64,000 bases of DNA from NCBI RefSeq assembly GCF_000143415.4, contig NW_003314312.1, forward strand, positions 859,510-923,509. Reading direction: 5' to 3'. The stretch comes from Selaginella moellendorffii. Taxonomy: Eukaryota > Plantae > Lycopodiophyta. The notes beneath the pieces are model-generated. The model saw only the letters and a program-made list of their open reading frames with translations. It ran no database searches and was not told the DNA's origin. Made by a program: the position numbers and the translations under genes. This document shows, one piece after another, positions 63,512 to 64,000 of this stretch; position 1 is the first letter of the stretch; every line of letters begins with the position of its first letter.

Positions 63512-64000
63512 GCATCAATTCTTAAAGAAGGCAATGCATTTTGGTTTGGCTGTGGCACCATGGAATACCATTACAAAGCAAGTGAAAAAGGAGGGTCATA
63601 TCATTTCTACTGGTAAGGTATTCACAAGTGATAAGGATGTGTAATGATATTTATGGTACTACTCAATCTTTTTTTTTTGTGACTGCAAGATCTCTTCCAT
63701 GCAACTTGGCTCTCCTCCATTTTCTCCTTCTTTTTGTCAACACCACATTCATGACCTTAGAGATTTGATATAATTCATGGCACTAGCCATTCTAGCCTTG
63801 GCCATTGTATTTAGTGTGGTGGCTATAGTTATATTTAAAACATTTTTAAACATGTATTAGCCAAAATTTGAAAAGAGCCTTTCAAAGTTTTCCAAATTGC
63901 AAAATAATTTGAAATGTTAAAGGGTATTTATAGAGCTCTTGACTATCTGAACTTTTTTTTTAATTTGATCTTTTATATTAATACTTCTAATGTAGGTCTT

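Noticed and set aside
62880-64000. AT-rich tail that may be decayed TE sequence
   Set aside because: No motif or ORF I can assign with confidence, apart from the short TTTAGGG run.

Overview
Gene-dense land-plant nuclear DNA. Introns of about 45-80 nt, intronless PLS-class PPR genes and intergenic gaps of 100-200 bp suggest a lycophyte such as Selaginella (inference, not a database match). Left to right: an AT-rich island (1-4190) with a decayed Ty3/gypsy RT remnant and an intact secreted bulb-type-lectin-domain ORF; an RLP29/PII-2-like LRR protein; a CRP1-like PPR pseudogene; a nardilysin-like M16 peptidase; two PLS-E PPR genes flanking a MiAMP1-type antimicrobial peptide; LCBK1; SQD1; HEI10; a purple acid phosphatase; SPO11-1; and a head-to-head pair of divergent MiAMP1-like genes (one dead) with mirrored promoters. 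Next is a ~17-kb nested chromovirus block: element B sits inside the 5' LTR of element A, and B carries a family-A solo LTR, an intron-like insertion and an in-frame captured F-box/kelch-like host fragment. Then come a METTL7A-like methyltransferase, a small secreted Cys-rich + Pro/Phe-rich protein, tRNA-Glu(TTC), a PYL ABA receptor with a long loop insertion, and PA200/PSME4. Best leads: the in-frame host-gene capture in pol, the SPO11-1/HEI10 linkage with a shared upstream 13-mer, the divergent MiAMP1 pair, the Cys/Pro-Phe peptide, the spliceable TE insertion and the AT-rich lectin gene. All family assignments come from motif recognition only; no searches were run.
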